From IMG/VR virus record IMGVR_UViG_3300046171_000231, positions 1 through 64,000 of that record: a stretch of 64,000 nt of DNA. One strand, given 5' to 3'. Made by a program: the position numbers and the translations under genes. Below the pieces are notes generated by a model. The model saw only the letters and a program-made list of their open reading frames with translations, did not search any database and had not been told where the DNA came from. Within the stretch, counting starts at the first letter, position 1, and each line of letters begins with the position of its first letter. Below, piece by piece: positions 27,801 to 39,070 of this stretch.

Positions 27801-30663
27801 AGAAGTTACCGCTATTATTATTACGATCAAATCGTGGTAATAATGTTGAACGGGTTTGTGTATTATTCGTAAATGTACCAGTGGTGTGTGTTACACCAGA
27901 TGTATCAGTTGGTGAATATCTAAATTCTTTATCATTAGTAATCTCAGAAACCAAGAATGTTCCATTATATCCTTTATCGTCAAGTGCTGTTGAGTTTGTT
28001 GAACTCTGAACATTCCTAACAACAATTTGATCGCCAACACCTAAGTTATGTGGTTTATCAGAACGTATTTTGGCTAATTGCTCAGTGGAATCAAAACTTG
28101 CCTGTGAAATAAATCTAGTATTACGGTCAAAACCATAATCATTTGATCCTATGGTAGTCTTACTAAAATCAGTATTTGCTAGAACATTAGTTGAACTTGA
28201 ATCTTGTAAAACAAATCCATCTGTTGGATCTCTACCATTTACTAATTCTTTTGGTACAACATATCTCAATTTGTATATTTTCTCATCTAAACTTCTATCA
28301 TCATCCTTTCTAAGAACGTATGTTATATCATCATCAGTTGCATTTGCATATATTGAAGAACCATTATGTATAGTATTACCAGCAGCTAAAGTATGAACAA
28401 ACCATTGACCAGCACTTGTGTCATATTGTATTGGATGTCCAGCATCGTTTGGTTTCTTATCAGATACTCTACTTACAATTCTAAACTTATCTGTTACATT
28501 ACTTGCTACAGTTTTAACAAAAACTGGGACTGCTAAATCAGCGTTTGTTTTTGATGATGCAATACGAATTTGATTTGCAGCTAAAGCAGAATCTTGTGCA
28601 CTTGTAATTGCGAAGTAAACTGTATGAGGGTCAATATTTTCTGGTAAATCACCATTATTCGCAATAATTCGTATTGATTCACCATTTGCAAGTTCGTGAC
28701 CTGCATTGATTGTGAATACTGATTTAGTTGATGCACTTGCATCTGAATGTATAGCTTCGTAATTCTTCTCACCAACATTTGTAGTTCCAGATGCACCATT
28801 TGGCATTACAATTGATGCAGAAAAAGTGCTTCCACCGTTATCAATATATAATTTTTCATCAAACCTTGCACCGATTCTAAAACCTTGGGAAATGTGTGCT
28901 GGAGGTAAACTTAATGTTGGTTGTGCAAATAAGAACAACTTTGTTGCTGTTGTTTCTGAGACATCAATCTGTAAATATTCAATTTGTTGCTCTGCAGATA
29001 CAACTGAACGAGGAGTAATAACAGATGTAATGAATCCTTTATTATCTTTTGCAAATGCTTCTTTTTTAAATCCTTCTGCGAGTAATGAGAATGTACCAAA
29101 GTTAGAGTTTGAGTTTGTAATTGATGCGTCAGCACCGTTTATCATCTCAAAGTGTGCGTGGAATCCAATCGCAAACACTGACACAATCTGTACAACAGCA
29201 TCATTACTTACTTTAATATGTGTAGTTCTAAATCCTTTTCTATAATTTGCTTCTTGGTCTAAGTGGAATACCGTCTCTGGATTTGTTGATGATGATTCAG
29301 ATGATAATAAAGCTCCTGTTTGTTTTGAAAAAGAAATACCACTATATCTTCTATTTGTTTTATCATATTTTACAAATGCTCTATCATCTTTTTGAAGTGA
29401 AACTGCAGTAAACTGTGCAGTAACCATTGATTTAAAACCAGTTGCTTTTGCACCATCTGCGTGTAAACCCTGCATACCAAATACAGAACGCATTGAGCAG
29501 TTAAAGACATATGGTGAAGCACCCGATACTGTATCAGTCTCAACTTGCACCTGCCCGTTTGCTGAACTTAAACCTCCAGCAGATCCTGCTGGTAAGTTAG
29601 GTCTAACAAATTCTAGAGAATATTGAAATCTTGTTGCATCAATAACATTTGATACTTTAGTTGATATATTATAGTCTGCTACGTTTACACCACGAATCTT
29701 AATAGGAGTTCCACCTGTGAGATTATGATCTACTGAAGTGGTAACTGTAACAACCTGACCTGGTGTTGCTCCATCACCTGATTCAATATTTGAAATATTG
29801 AGTGGGTCAGTTGCAAATGCACCAACAATTTCAAATTCTGGTCTTTGTGGAGAAAAACCTTTCGGTGCTGATGGATATTTTTGGTCTATCTCACGATTAG
29901 ATGCTCTATTAAATGCGTTAGTAAGTTTACTATAATAAATGTCTAAATCAGTTAAATTACTAAAATTATCAAGTGTATTGACACCATCTGCATATTCAAA
30001 TGCAGTTATTTTATGGTGAGAGAATGTTGGTTTTGACTGATTATTTGCACTAAAGTCTGATGGATCTGTATATACTAAACCTGATTCATCTCCATCAAAG
30101 AATGTGAACTGCCAGAAATAACAAGCACCAGTGATTCTGAATATAGCACTGCTTGGTGCATTATCATCTGTTGGGTTTGGAACATATAATGGTCTTATTC
30201 TTGTCTTCCTTAAATCAAGTCCAACTATTGATGTACCTCTTGGAACTACGATACCACCATTGACACTATTAAATTTGTAGAGAATATTATCTTCTTGTGT
30301 TAAATCAAAGTTAGAATTTAAGGTAAGTGTTAAAGTATTTTGTGCACCTGTTGCTGAACCACTTGGACTTATTGCTTTTGCGATACCTGATTCATTACGA
30401 ATACCAAAACCAGGTCTATTATCAATTATATGATCGCCTGGAAAAAGTAATATTGTTGTTCTTTCTACTAAGTCGTTATCATTTCCACGAAGATATGAGA
30501 ATCTAGCAGCCTCTATCAGTGCTCTCTGAATCGTTTTGAAGGGTTTGGTTAATGAATTACCTTGATTTTCAATACCATCAGTGGAATCAAGATCATTTGG
30601 ATTTACATAAAGAACACGACCCTCTGTATTCTTTATAAAATTCTCTAACTTATTAAGAGGCAT
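24883..30663 (-). CDS. large virion structural protein (1926 aa) with C-terminal peptidase S74-type intramolecular chaperone
   Basis: C-terminal SDxxLKEDI...W...AQEV...YDRLIPVLIEAVKEL; N-terminal beta-helix-like region. Confidence 0.85.
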   Translation of the reverse strand: MPLNKLENFIKNTEGRVLYVNPNDLDSTDGIENQGNSLTKPFKTIQRALIEAARFSYLRGNDNDLVERTTILLFPGDHIIDNRPGFGIRNESGIAKAISPSGSATGAQNTLTLTLNSNFDLTQEDNILYKFNSVNGGIVVPRGTSIVGLDLRKTRIRPLYVPNPTDDNAPSSAIFRITGACYFWQFTFFDGDESGLVYTDPSDFSANNQSKPTFSHHKITAFEYADGVNTLDNFSNLTDLDIYYSKLTNAFNRASNREIDQKYPSAPKGFSPQRPEFEIVGAFATDPLNISNIESGDGATPGQVVTVTTSVDHNLTGGTPIKIRGVNVADYNISTKVSNVIDATRFQYSLEFVRPNLPAGSAGGLSSANGQVQVETDTVSGASPYVFNCSMRSVFGMQGLHADGAKATGFKSMVTAQFTAVSLQKDDRAFVKYDKTNRRYSGISFSKQTGALLSSESSSTNPETVFHLDQEANYRKGFRTTHIKVSNDAVVQIVSVFAIGFHAHFEMINGADASITNSNSNFGTFSLLAEGFKKEAFAKDNKGFITSVITPRSVVSAEQQIEYLQIDVSETTATKLFLFAQPTLSLPPAHISQGFRIGARFDEKLYIDNGGSTFSASIVMPNGASGTTNVGEKNYEAIHSDASASTKSVFTINAGHELANGESIRIIANNGDLPENIDPHTVYFAITSAQDSALAANQIRIASSKTNADLAVPVFVKTVASNVTDKFRIVSRVSDKKPNDAGHPIQYDTSAGQWFVHTLAAGNTIHNGSSIYANATDDDITYVLRKDDDRSLDEKIYKLRYVVPKELVNGRDPTDGFVLQDSSSTNVLANTDFSKTTIGSNDYGFDRNTRFISQASFDSTEQLAKIRSDKPHNLGVGDQIVVRNVQSSTNSTALDDKGYNGTFLVSEITNDKEFRYSPTDTSGVTHTTGTFTNNTQTRSTLLPRFDRNNNSGNFFIYRTETITPYIQDVQDGVFHLFVLNSNNAMDEPSNEFSELKYNQNIVNLFPEYDRDNVNANPPAAVSYAKRFPIGDVITNDLKKSITRETTNQFLKNFDGSIGITSVTNNSTNAVINLDEEHSFDSLKYHNTLNGGSGHTDGTYYNVRLLNTNATPATAPWDGATAKVVVSSNAVTSVEITDGGSAYTNGETLFFDSQSVALGGIGGSPNASLTIATAGISSATGNYIQVTGITTGTDSYHRISSINSTKQITVAKSAADTLLDGQQIHDMGPWVAVGSATTDNTAGVTTFTTSVDHGLAVGNQLRLLNTSDTNLGDFVVTSVVGITQFSVKTTGNIADPKYILKHGLSDNESISGVAGENIDVRGFNIFDHETLILNEAVGTGDASFKVKLPDGTTTATSIVNRFPLGSYIQIGGEIMRIASSSLSGGGGDEITVIRGSLGTNTSTHLINSRIKKVKPLPVELRRPSILRSSGHTFEYVGFGPGNYSTALPQLQNRSLTEREEFLNQAQETSCGNVVYTGMNDKGDFYIGNTKIASASGQQTTFDIPVATVTGEDPNRLSAVFDEVVVKERLLVEGGASKQILSQFDGPVTFNSDLRLSDSTKQLITEASLRAQDAKFRNTTNSTAPTNGSVVMDGGLGLAKDLQIGGNIVGDTASNLSGFNNVTATNFIGNGAQLTNTGAALSSATSGSERVVLTDLSSGTMITAKTDSDLTFNFATNTLSCTTFSGALSGNATSSSTSANLSFGSANQVVFKNGSNNGETSAGLTFNGTQLNCTNNIRANNITLGLTAGTTINTATGDLILDSSNNKVHITANAEVDGTLNVDSSTNSSSKDTGALILTAGGLGVEGNIYNGGNIVASGNINAGGDVVAFSSSDMTLKEDISPIEDALGLINSLSGNTFAWKPEAGIFGNSGMDTGIIAQEVEALNLPGISKRRGDGTLGVRYDRLIPVLIEAVKELSAKVNSLESNK

Positions 30664-30724
30664 CTTTTTTAACTACTATAAAATGTGATCGAATAGACCG
30701 TGCATACTAGGTTTATTTAGCTGG

Positions 30725-31021
30725 TTACTCCTCCGTGTCTATATGAATTGAGATATCATCTGGCAATTCTTCTGGGTTCTCTAAATCAATTGGGAACAAA
30801 CACGGGTGTAATTCTTCTTCTACAAGATATCCATAATATTGGTACATCTCATCATCATTAAATGTAGGATGCTTATCTGCTTCTTTGATTAACTCTTGAT
30901 CTTCTAAATGACTATCAGGTAATTCGTCAAAGGTAAAAGGCATTCCGTTGATGAAATACATTTTGACAATTATACTTCTACCACGAAACCAACAGAAATG
31001 AGTGGTTATCTTGTATTTCAT
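30725..31021 (-). CDS. conserved cyanophage hypothetical protein (98 aa)
   Basis: MYFINGMPFTFDE motif; late TAAATA upstream. Confidence 0.75.
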   Translation of the reverse strand: MKYKITTHFCWFRGRSIIVKMYFINGMPFTFDELPDSHLEDQELIKEADKHPTFNDDEMYQYYGYLVEEELHPCLFPIDLENPEELPDDISIHIDTEE

Positions 31022-31231
31022 TTATTTATCTGAGGTTATTGCCAAATCTGCATAAACAACCATTTCTGGTTCAAGCATTTTGTCACAAACTTCCAAAACT
31101 CTCATAAACTCATCACTATCTTCACAGGCAATTATCTTATTATCTCCGTTGTCGCTTTTTAATTTAAAGGTTCTAGAACAGATGTCTACTACAACCTCGA
31201 ATACGAAATCATCCATACCTTGATAATACAT
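31022..31231 (-). CDS. hypothetical protein (69 aa) behind a sigma70 promoter
   Basis: TTGACT(31261-66)-16-TATAAT(31239-44). Confidence 0.75.
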   Translation of the reverse strand: MYYQGMDDFVFEVVVDICSRTFKLKSDNGDNKIIACEDSDEFMRVLEVCDKMLEPEMVVYADLAITSDK

Positions 31232-31266
31232 TATTCTTATTATAGCATATGTATAAAATCAGTCAA

Positions 31267-31479
31267 CTATGATAGTGTCAAACTTGTACTCCCAATACCA
31301 GCGACAGTGAATGTGAGTGTTGAACCAACCACACTTATCTCAACACCATTATAAGACTGAGCATAGGTATTACCATATATGAAAACGTCTTCTGTAAATT
31401 CAGTTGTATCGTTTATATAATTTACATTTCCACTATCATAATCTGGTGTAGGAACTCCACCATTCTTAAAATCACTCAC
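31267..31479 (-). CDS. small structural-region hypothetical protein (70 aa)
   Basis: Overlap with upstream stop. Confidence 0.7.
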   Translation of the reverse strand: MSDFKNGGVPTPDYDSGNVNYINDTTEFTEDVFIYGNTYAQSYNGVEISVVGSTLTFTVAGIGSTSLTLS

Positions 31480-32117
31480 TAGAATAATCCTCCAAGTTGA
31501 TTTTGTAAATCACCTGCTACATCCTGTAATTGACCTGCAGCTTGTTTAGCAGCATCTTGTATTTGACTTTTATCAAGATTATCAGCAATATTTTTTATTT
31601 GTCCACTGAATTGACTTGGATCAATAGTAGTTCCTTTGAAGACTGTTCCACTCCAACTTACATCACGAACAGTTATTTTTCCTCTTGGTGCACTTATGTA
31701 ACACTCATTTGATTTCATCGTGATTTTATTTGCTTTAACTGAGAAATTTGAACCTGCATTTACTGTTAAATCTTTTGCTGCATCTAACATAATGTTAGTT
31801 CCAGTCACTCTGACATCGCCATTACTCAATGCAGTTATCCAAACATCACCACTTGAACCTACAATATTTAAACATACACCACCACCTCCAACTTTTTTAC
31901 CACCAACTATCTCTATACATTGATCATTGTAAATATGAAATAATCCACCCTCTGTCATTCCATATGAACTTTGATTTCCATCTTTGGAACTAGCCAACAT
32001 ATTATAAACAATAGGTCCACTAAACCCCTCTTGAGGATTATTGCAGTCTAATTTAACGTTAGGAGTAAATGCCTCATAACTTCTCTCTTGCCAATTTTCG
32101 TTTGGTTTTGTTCCCAT
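31479..32117 (-). CDS. baseplate-region protein, possibly gp5 C-terminal-like beta-repeat
   Basis: Follows gp5; beta-strand repeats. Confidence 0.6.
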   Translation of the reverse strand: MGTKPNENWQERSYEAFTPNVKLDCNNPQEGFSGPIVYNMLASSKDGNQSSYGMTEGGLFHIYNDQCIEIVGGKKVGGGGVCLNIVGSSGDVWITALSNGDVRVTGTNIMLDAAKDLTVNAGSNFSVKANKITMKSNECYISAPRGKITVRDVSWSGTVFKGTTIDPSQFSGQIKNIADNLDKSQIQDAAKQAAGQLQDVAGDLQNQLGGLF

Positions 32118-32133
32118 ATTTTTTTACCTTTAT

Positions 32134-34689
32134 TTAGTATCCTCCTCCATATCCACCGCCACCTGACGATCCACCCCCACCTGATCCCGAAGACCCGCTA
32201 CTACCAGTATTGTTATTATTAGGAGGAGTGTAACTCGGTTGAGTCGTTTGTTGACTTGGTGTATCAGCCATTGTAGTTGAAGTATCGCTGCTTGGGATAG
32301 CTTGTATTGTGGTGTCGGAAACATTTTCTTGAATTTCTAGTGATGAAACTGTGGTTACAGATGACATTGATGCCATCATACCCCTTGATGTTCGACTTTC
32401 TTGGGGTGTATCATATATTATAAGATCACTATCTGAGTGTTTAGCACCTGTCATTTTTATACCATTAGACATAACGTGAAATACTCCATAATATGGTTCT
32501 CCATTCACAAAACCAACAATGCCATCACGAGGTGTAATACAATCTATGACCTGTTTTATCTCTCCCTGATACTCAGGTCTTGGAGTTAGTTGTGCTGATA
32601 ATATTGCACCAAATCCTGTAGTTGATTCACCATTAGGTCCTGTTATACTCAAGACTGGAAATTCTGTAACTTCCTTAACATTGTTTGTCGCAGGATTTGG
32701 AGGAATTACATTCAAGAGTTTACCATTTGAATCAATAAACTTCGTATAAACATTTCCCTGTTGGTCAGTGATAATATCTTCTTCTTTATAACCCTCACCA
32801 GGATTTACTACAACTACGTGATCGACTGTATAAGTATCATCATTTGTTTCAATGATTGGATAATTCTCTCCACCATTTACAACATATATGTCCGTGACTT
32901 GTCCATAAGTTGGTGATGTCTTATCATAATCTATAACTGCTCTTGCTAACCCACCATAACCTTGATTACAATTATCTACTATTTCAACAAATGGTGGTGT
33001 AGTATATCCTGAACCCATACTAGTCATTTTAACACCAATCAAACTCCCTGTCAATTCTGCTGCGGAATCTCCAACTAAACCACCTAAGATCGCTTGACCT
33101 GCTGCACCCTCACCATCTCCTCCAAAAACATTTACTTTTATACCAGAGCAATTAGTAGGTGTTCCAGTAAAACAATCACCTAAACCACTTCGATAACCAG
33201 GTGTATTTACCAGAGGAGACATGAAATCAAAAGCACCAAGACTCCCTGCTAAACTACCAATCGCACCAGCGATAGGAGGTATTTGAATATTTGGTAAATT
33301 TAAATTTACACCACTAAGTAAGTTATTTAAGACTCCAGTTCCACCCGCTGCTTCCTTCAATGATTCAGCTGCATTTGCCACACTCATAAGAGAACCTGAT
33401 AAATCTTCAAGTGATTTGACTGTAATACTTTTCGGTCCTTTACCAAGTGTCCATTGATTTGTTTTTTGTCCAATTATTGATGATGCGGTTGGTAAATCAC
33501 AACCACCTAACGCATCTGACAAACCAAGTAAACCATCTGCCTTATCTCTTAACATACCTCCAATGTCACCAGGAAAAATGTCAGAAACATCACCCATCAA
33601 AGGTCCTAATGCTCCATCTATACTTCCAATAATACTATTCATTATACCTGCATTAAATTGATCTCCTATACAGTCATTAAAGTTTTGAACATTATCTAAT
33701 AATGGAGCTAATAAATTTGAAATATTACCCTCTAACTTATCTGTTACATTTTTCATCATACAAGGTATGGCATTTTCGATGTTTAAGATTGAAGGCACTT
33801 TTGCTTTTTGTGCTAAACTAGCAGCTTTCTTTGCTAGTGCTATATTACCTGTTTTCTTTAAAACTTCACCATACTTATCTTTATAAAGTTTATGTAATCC
33901 CTGATTCATCTTAGGTGCCATCTCTGAGAAAGTTGAAGATATCATACCTGCTGACATACCAGTAGATAAACTTGCAATTGATTTTGAAGCATCACTCAAT
34001 ATCTTATTTTTCATCATCGGTGTGGCTGATTTAAAATTTTTCACTGCATTTGAAACTTCACCATTTATCTTATTTACTGCTGCTCTTGCTCCATTTGCAT
34101 CACCTGCAGTAATTGTCATTCCAACAATTGAACTCGCTGATTTTGTAACTTGTCCTGTTGCTTCCTCAATCTTTTTCGCAGTTTCGGCATCAACTTGTCT
34201 ATTAGTTGGACTTGAAAGTTTGTTTTGATCACCTGCTTCACTTTGAGCAATATTATCATTTGGTTTGACTTTACTTGTATATCCTGTAAATGGAGTAAAT
34301 GGTTGAGAGTATGATTTATCTTTTGACTTTGCAGCAGCAGGGGATGAACTTGAAAAAACCCCAAGTATAACTGGTTGTTGTGCATTATCACCATCTAAGA
34401 AAAATCCAAGAACTGTATCACCTGGTGATATCTTTGGTGGTTTACCTCTTCCAGCTCTACCTGAACCAGCCTCTGGAGATTTTAATACGTGTGCCCAAGG
34501 TAGTTCTTCATTTTTAAGTTCAACATCATCTTCTGGATGATATCCTAAAATTCTTACTTTAACTCTATCTCCCCATCCACCACCATTAATCTGCGAACCT
34601 TGTGCATCTTCTGGTGCGACTTGTCCTACCCACCAGCGAAAACCATCTCTACCAATGAAATTACTTTGTATTAAAGAATTTTCAATCAT
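32134..34689 (-). CDS. gp5: T4 gp5-like baseplate hub subunit (N-terminal OB fold; no lysozyme domain evident)
   Basis: FIGRDGFRWWVGQV...RVKVRILGYH...LPWAHV...VLGFFLDG..QQPVILG. Confidence 0.88.
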   Translation of the reverse strand: MIENSLIQSNFIGRDGFRWWVGQVAPEDAQGSQINGGGWGDRVKVRILGYHPEDDVELKNEELPWAHVLKSPEAGSGRAGRGKPPKISPGDTVLGFFLDGDNAQQPVILGVFSSSSPAAAKSKDKSYSQPFTPFTGYTSKVKPNDNIAQSEAGDQNKLSSPTNRQVDAETAKKIEEATGQVTKSASSIVGMTITAGDANGARAAVNKINGEVSNAVKNFKSATPMMKNKILSDASKSIASLSTGMSAGMISSTFSEMAPKMNQGLHKLYKDKYGEVLKKTGNIALAKKAASLAQKAKVPSILNIENAIPCMMKNVTDKLEGNISNLLAPLLDNVQNFNDCIGDQFNAGIMNSIIGSIDGALGPLMGDVSDIFPGDIGGMLRDKADGLLGLSDALGGCDLPTASSIIGQKTNQWTLGKGPKSITVKSLEDLSGSLMSVANAAESLKEAAGGTGVLNNLLSGVNLNLPNIQIPPIAGAIGSLAGSLGAFDFMSPLVNTPGYRSGLGDCFTGTPTNCSGIKVNVFGGDGEGAAGQAILGGLVGDSAAELTGSLIGVKMTSMGSGYTTPPFVEIVDNCNQGYGGLARAVIDYDKTSPTYGQVTDIYVVNGGENYPIIETNDDTYTVDHVVVVNPGEGYKEEDIITDQQGNVYTKFIDSNGKLLNVIPPNPATNNVKEVTEFPVLSITGPNGESTTGFGAILSAQLTPRPEYQGEIKQVIDCITPRDGIVGFVNGEPYYGVFHVMSNGIKMTGAKHSDSDLIIYDTPQESRTSRGMMASMSSVTTVSSLEIQENVSDTTIQAIPSSDTSTTMADTPSQQTTQPSYTPPNNNNTGSSGSSGSGGGGSSGGGGYGGGY

Positions 34690-35999
34690 TTTGCTTTCCT
34701 CCCATCAGTATCTCTACAAAGTTGAAGTTTGGTGTAAGAACCTGTAGAATTAAAAAAATGAGTTAATTTTTTAATCAAGTACAAACCACTTTGTTCTTGG
34801 TCAGGTTCTTTTCTCTTTTCAACGTCAATTCTTGGAAATTCACATTCAAGTATATCACCTGCCATCAAATTTGTATTTAAAGGAATAGTCATAGTTAATA
34901 TTTGAGTGAACAGTGTATTATACCTCATCATTGCTTGTGAGTGTATTCTAGCAGGATCAGCATTACCTAATTCAGATACTTTTGAATCAGTTGTACCTAT
35001 ATCTAGTATGCCACAAACATAACGACTCGGTACTGACGCTAATGTTCTATTATCTTTTTGACTTAGTTGTGGCAAGACTATATCTATATCTGCACCTAAA
35101 TTTTCTATCTTACCTGAATAATCTTCTAATTTAAAAACTCTCTGTGATGCTGTTGTATATTCAAATGTAAGAGGGTTCATATAAATTCGATGACTGCAAT
35201 ATGCACCTCTTTCTAGATTTTCTAGTAAATTTTGATTTTTTGATGTTGAAAATTCTAAAATTTTAAAATCTTTTGTTGTATCATTACCATCTATAATACC
35301 TGGTGCGTAAGTATATTTTTGTTCATAAGGATCATTTCTTATGAGGGAATCTATAGACTTAAATCTAAATCCCTGTTGTGTTTCAAAGAAGAAATATCCT
35401 GCTGTTGCATCTCTACCAGAAACATTACCAGGCACTGATTTAGATGCTAACATTGTCATAACTGTGAATGGTTTTCTCATATTACCGTAAAATCCATACG
35501 GATTTTCAGTTTCATCAACATCATATAATTTATCTGTACTTAAATAATTTTTACATATATCATCAACACTATCTGAAATTTTAGTAGTTGGTAAAAATCT
35601 CTTCCCAACTCTTACAGTTTCATTTGTAATCGCTTCTCTGGATACAAGTTTAAGTGTAAACATCTCTCTTTCAGCATCTATCATTACATTTTCAATTGAT
35701 GCAACAAACATATTCTCTAATTCTAATCCTTTATTATCTGCAGAATTACCAGCAATTTTGATTGTCATTCTCTCACCACCCCTTAACGGAAATCCATTAT
35801 ATAATGATTGCATTTTACCGTCATCACCTTCAATAACGTTACCAGTATTAACAACAACTACCATTGCAGTTATCATAGGAGAATATACATCTTCATAGTA
35901 GTTAAAACTAACTACACCAGCAGATATATTGGCAGATTTAGAACCATCTACAGCCTCTAATTCAAATTTTTCGTACAGTGATTTATCTATTGCAGCCAT
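34686..35999 (-). CDS. putative baseplate hub subunit (gp27-like)
   Basis: Position before gp5; YYEDVYSP, YFFFET..GF.FKSID, GxYLI motifs. Confidence 0.6.
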   Translation of the reverse strand: MAAIDKSLYEKFELEAVDGSKSANISAGVVSFNYYEDVYSPMITAMVVVVNTGNVIEGDDGKMQSLYNGFPLRGGERMTIKIAGNSADNKGLELENMFVASIENVMIDAEREMFTLKLVSREAITNETVRVGKRFLPTTKISDSVDDICKNYLSTDKLYDVDETENPYGFYGNMRKPFTVMTMLASKSVPGNVSGRDATAGYFFFETQQGFRFKSIDSLIRNDPYEQKYTYAPGIIDGNDTTKDFKILEFSTSKNQNLLENLERGAYCSHRIYMNPLTFEYTTASQRVFKLEDYSGKIENLGADIDIVLPQLSQKDNRTLASVPSRYVCGILDIGTTDSKVSELGNADPARIHSQAMMRYNTLFTQILTMTIPLNTNLMAGDILECEFPRIDVEKRKEPDQEQSGLYLIKKLTHFFNSTGSYTKLQLCRDTDGRKAK

Positions 36000-37381
36000 T
36001 ACGTATACTTAAGAGTTGATGAACTTTGCAGTTTCATTAATGTTTTTTCATCTTCAACTGCTGAAGATGTAAGTTTAGTTCCACCGCCACCACCTGATGC
36101 CATAGCGACAGACGGTGAAGACATATCAACTGGTTTTTCCATTATCATTACAGTTCTAGTTGGTTTTCTACTTGTTTTAACATCAACATCTTTTTTAGTT
36201 GGTGTAACAAGTGATGATAAATTAACCTTTCTACTTCCTCCTTGACCACTTTCAAAGTCAGCATTATACTCGTCAACAGAAGCAAGCATTGTACTCTCTG
36301 TAGGAGTGACACTTTCATTTATGTTTGCAACACTATTTGGTGTTCCTAAAAATGATGATTTTCTTCTGTCATTTCTATTTTTTGTTTTTTGATTTCTTTT
36401 AATTGATTCATCTTGTTTCTTTTTCAATACCTCTCTCGGATCTTCTATAGATGATGAAGCAGTTGCAGGTGCTGATTTTGCTCCTCCACCTCTCTGAGGT
36501 GTTACACCACCTGTATCTGTTTCAACTCCCTCTATACTATCAGATTCACCCTCAATTGAGACGGGATCTTCACCCTTACTTTCTACTGATTTACCAATGT
36601 CATTAACAACACCCTCTATTTCTCTTTTCTCTCCTTCATTACCATCAACAGAAGTAGGTTCTGCACCTGCGTCAGATACATTAGAAGTTTCTTTACTTTT
36701 CTGTTCTTGAGGGGTGTCAACTTCAAAACCAGGTGGATTTTCTAATCCAAAATTTTCAGGATCTGAAAATAAATTTGCAGACTCAGCTAACTCTCTCTGT
36801 GTTTTTTGTACATTTCCCTGAGTGCCTTCTAATTCTTTATCAATTTTACTTTTATTTGAAATAAAATCAAAATTTAATAATTTACCAAGTGTAGCACCAA
36901 TTATCGAACCGATTCCAAGCACAACATCTTTCACACCATTTACAAAGAATCCTAATATTCCTCCAACTCTTTTAATATTATTAATTAAAGTATTAATACC
37001 CATCAAAATTTTTGGAAGGTTTGTTGCTGCCCATCCTAATAACAATATACCTAAAAAGTCCAGTATTCTTCCTAAAAATCCTCTGGTACTCTTAGCAAGC
37101 AGAGAACCTTGTCTTTTGGATGTTCCAGTGACTGATGATGCTTCAAGTTCATCTTCTCTATCTTTTCTCCTTATATTTTCTTGTCTTCTTCTAAAAAATA
37201 TATTATCTTTACGAATCAAATTTCTTTTAAATTGATTTGTCTCTCTTAATTGTTTTTGTATATCTTGTGAACTACTTCGAGCACTTGATAATGATTTTGA
37301 AAATTTTGCAGCAGTGTTTGATATCGATTTAATGCTTATCGATGATTTAAGTGCAGAATTCCTTCTTGAAGAAATGGACAT
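35999..37381 (-). CDS. baseplate/tail-region structural protein (460 aa)
   Basis: Coiled-coil plus hydrophobic N-half, low-complexity C-half; TAATG overlaps. Confidence 0.75.
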   Translation of the reverse strand: MSISSRRNSALKSSISIKSISNTAAKFSKSLSSARSSSQDIQKQLRETNQFKRNLIRKDNIFFRRRQENIRRKDREDELEASSVTGTSKRQGSLLAKSTRGFLGRILDFLGILLLGWAATNLPKILMGINTLINNIKRVGGILGFFVNGVKDVVLGIGSIIGATLGKLLNFDFISNKSKIDKELEGTQGNVQKTQRELAESANLFSDPENFGLENPPGFEVDTPQEQKSKETSNVSDAGAEPTSVDGNEGEKREIEGVVNDIGKSVESKGEDPVSIEGESDSIEGVETDTGGVTPQRGGGAKSAPATASSSIEDPREVLKKKQDESIKRNQKTKNRNDRRKSSFLGTPNSVANINESVTPTESTMLASVDEYNADFESGQGGSRKVNLSSLVTPTKKDVDVKTSRKPTRTVMIMEKPVDMSSPSVAMASGGGGGTKLTSSAVEDEKTLMKLQSSSTLKYT

Positions 37382-39070
37382 TATGCACTAGCTCCATAAG
37401 TTGATGTAGCATACATCGTATGAATATTATTATTATCAAATCCTATCTGTGGTAATCTATTTGTATCATCGTCTGGGGGTGCAACTCCACCACCTCCACC
37501 AGCATCTCCACCACCTCCACCTTGATTGGGAAAGTAATAACTTGTGGTGCTCCTTCTTCCATTGTTGATATAGTTTGTGCGATTTCTGAATTATTCTTAC
37601 TTCTTGGTGTAATTGATGAAATTAAAAGATTTGAACTTTGTGCTGCTATCAATTCCCTATTTTTCTTACCTATCTCAGAGAGAGGTCCGTATACAGTATT
37701 ATTTGATCCTCCATCAATTGAAATAGGATTAGCACCTACACTTTCTACCACCTTATCATCACTGAGAACCGCCTCCCCTGTTAAATCAATAGAATTGTCT
37801 GTTGGTCCTTCATCTTCTTGTTCATTACCAACTTTAAATCCAAACAGTGCTTTTATACCTTTAAATATACCCTTAAATGCTTCTTCACCAAGGAAACCAC
37901 CGATAATTCCACCAATAAGAGCACCTGGTGCAGCACCTATACCACCAACCTAATGCACCTAAAGTTGCTCCTAATGCTGCACCTGCTTTTGCTCCAGCAA
38001 AGAATCCTGCTGCTGCAGCGGCTTGCTGCACCCTACTCCCTCACCTCTAATAAAGTAAAGACAAATGAGAATAATGGTCCACCAACTTTACTTATAAACC
38101 TACTACCTTTTTTTATAAATCCTTTTATACCTGTATCTATAATTGGTTTGTAATCTTTTGCAGTATTTTTTGCAGTTTCCTTTGCTACTTTATCTGCAAT
38201 TGCTTTCTTTGGAAACTTTGTGTCTAAGAAATTTAAAATTTTACTAAATTGAGTTTTAACGAAACTAGTTCCAGCTATGGCAGCTGGTACAACCACTGCT
38301 CCAACCACTGCGTCTCCCACTGGTCCGCCTGTAGGAGATATTGCTTTCGCACCTTTTAATAATAATGTTCCAGCAGCGATACCAGCAGCTATTTTTGCAA
38401 ATGGAGTTCTAAGAAGTCCTCCTCTTGCAATTCTTAATGCACTTGTACTAAGAAAACCTAATCCAGTTAATATACCCTTAAAACCAACAGTCAACGCTGC
38501 GATTGTCGCACCTGCAATTATTAACTGTCTTTGAAATGTTGATTTTAATTGAGTGAATAAATCAGTGTTTTTATCTGCACCTGCATTGATTACATTGATT
38601 AGACTATTAGTTAACCACCCTAGTGTTAAAAAAGTAAAGAAAGAACCTAGATTTGCTAATCCACCTTGTACTTTCTGTGCCACTCTTCTAACTGGCATTG
38701 TAAGTGCTTGTTGTATGCGTGACTCTACTTGACTTTCTTTTCCTTCTCTTAATCCTTGCTCTGCTAAAATTCTTTCACGATTTTGTTTTGCTGCTTCTCT
38801 TTGCCTAGCTAAAGAATCACTTACTGCTAAATTTTCTTTGATTGATGCTAATGATCCACTTAAACCTGCAACTTGTGCATTTATATTTGTTAACTGTGCT
38901 GAAACGTTATTGAGTGCTAATGAATTTTGTTGTAGTAAATTAGTTGTTTGAGGATCTGGTTGAGCCTGAACAGGTGCACGACCACCACCAAGGACACTAG
39001 AAGATAAAGTTCTTCTAATACCTCTTAAACCTCCTGCAAGTGGCGATGCTAATCCTTGTTCCTCATCCAT
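37381..39070 (-). CDS. baseplate/tail-region structural protein, frameshifted near 38040, 37950 and 37520
   Basis: Pieces 38033-39070 and 37443-37751 join via other frames to end ...TMYATSTYGASA* at 37381. Confidence 0.65.

Noticed and set aside
32134-34689. gp5 lacking a lysozyme domain as a novelty
   Set aside because: To my knowledge this is common in T4-like cyanophages
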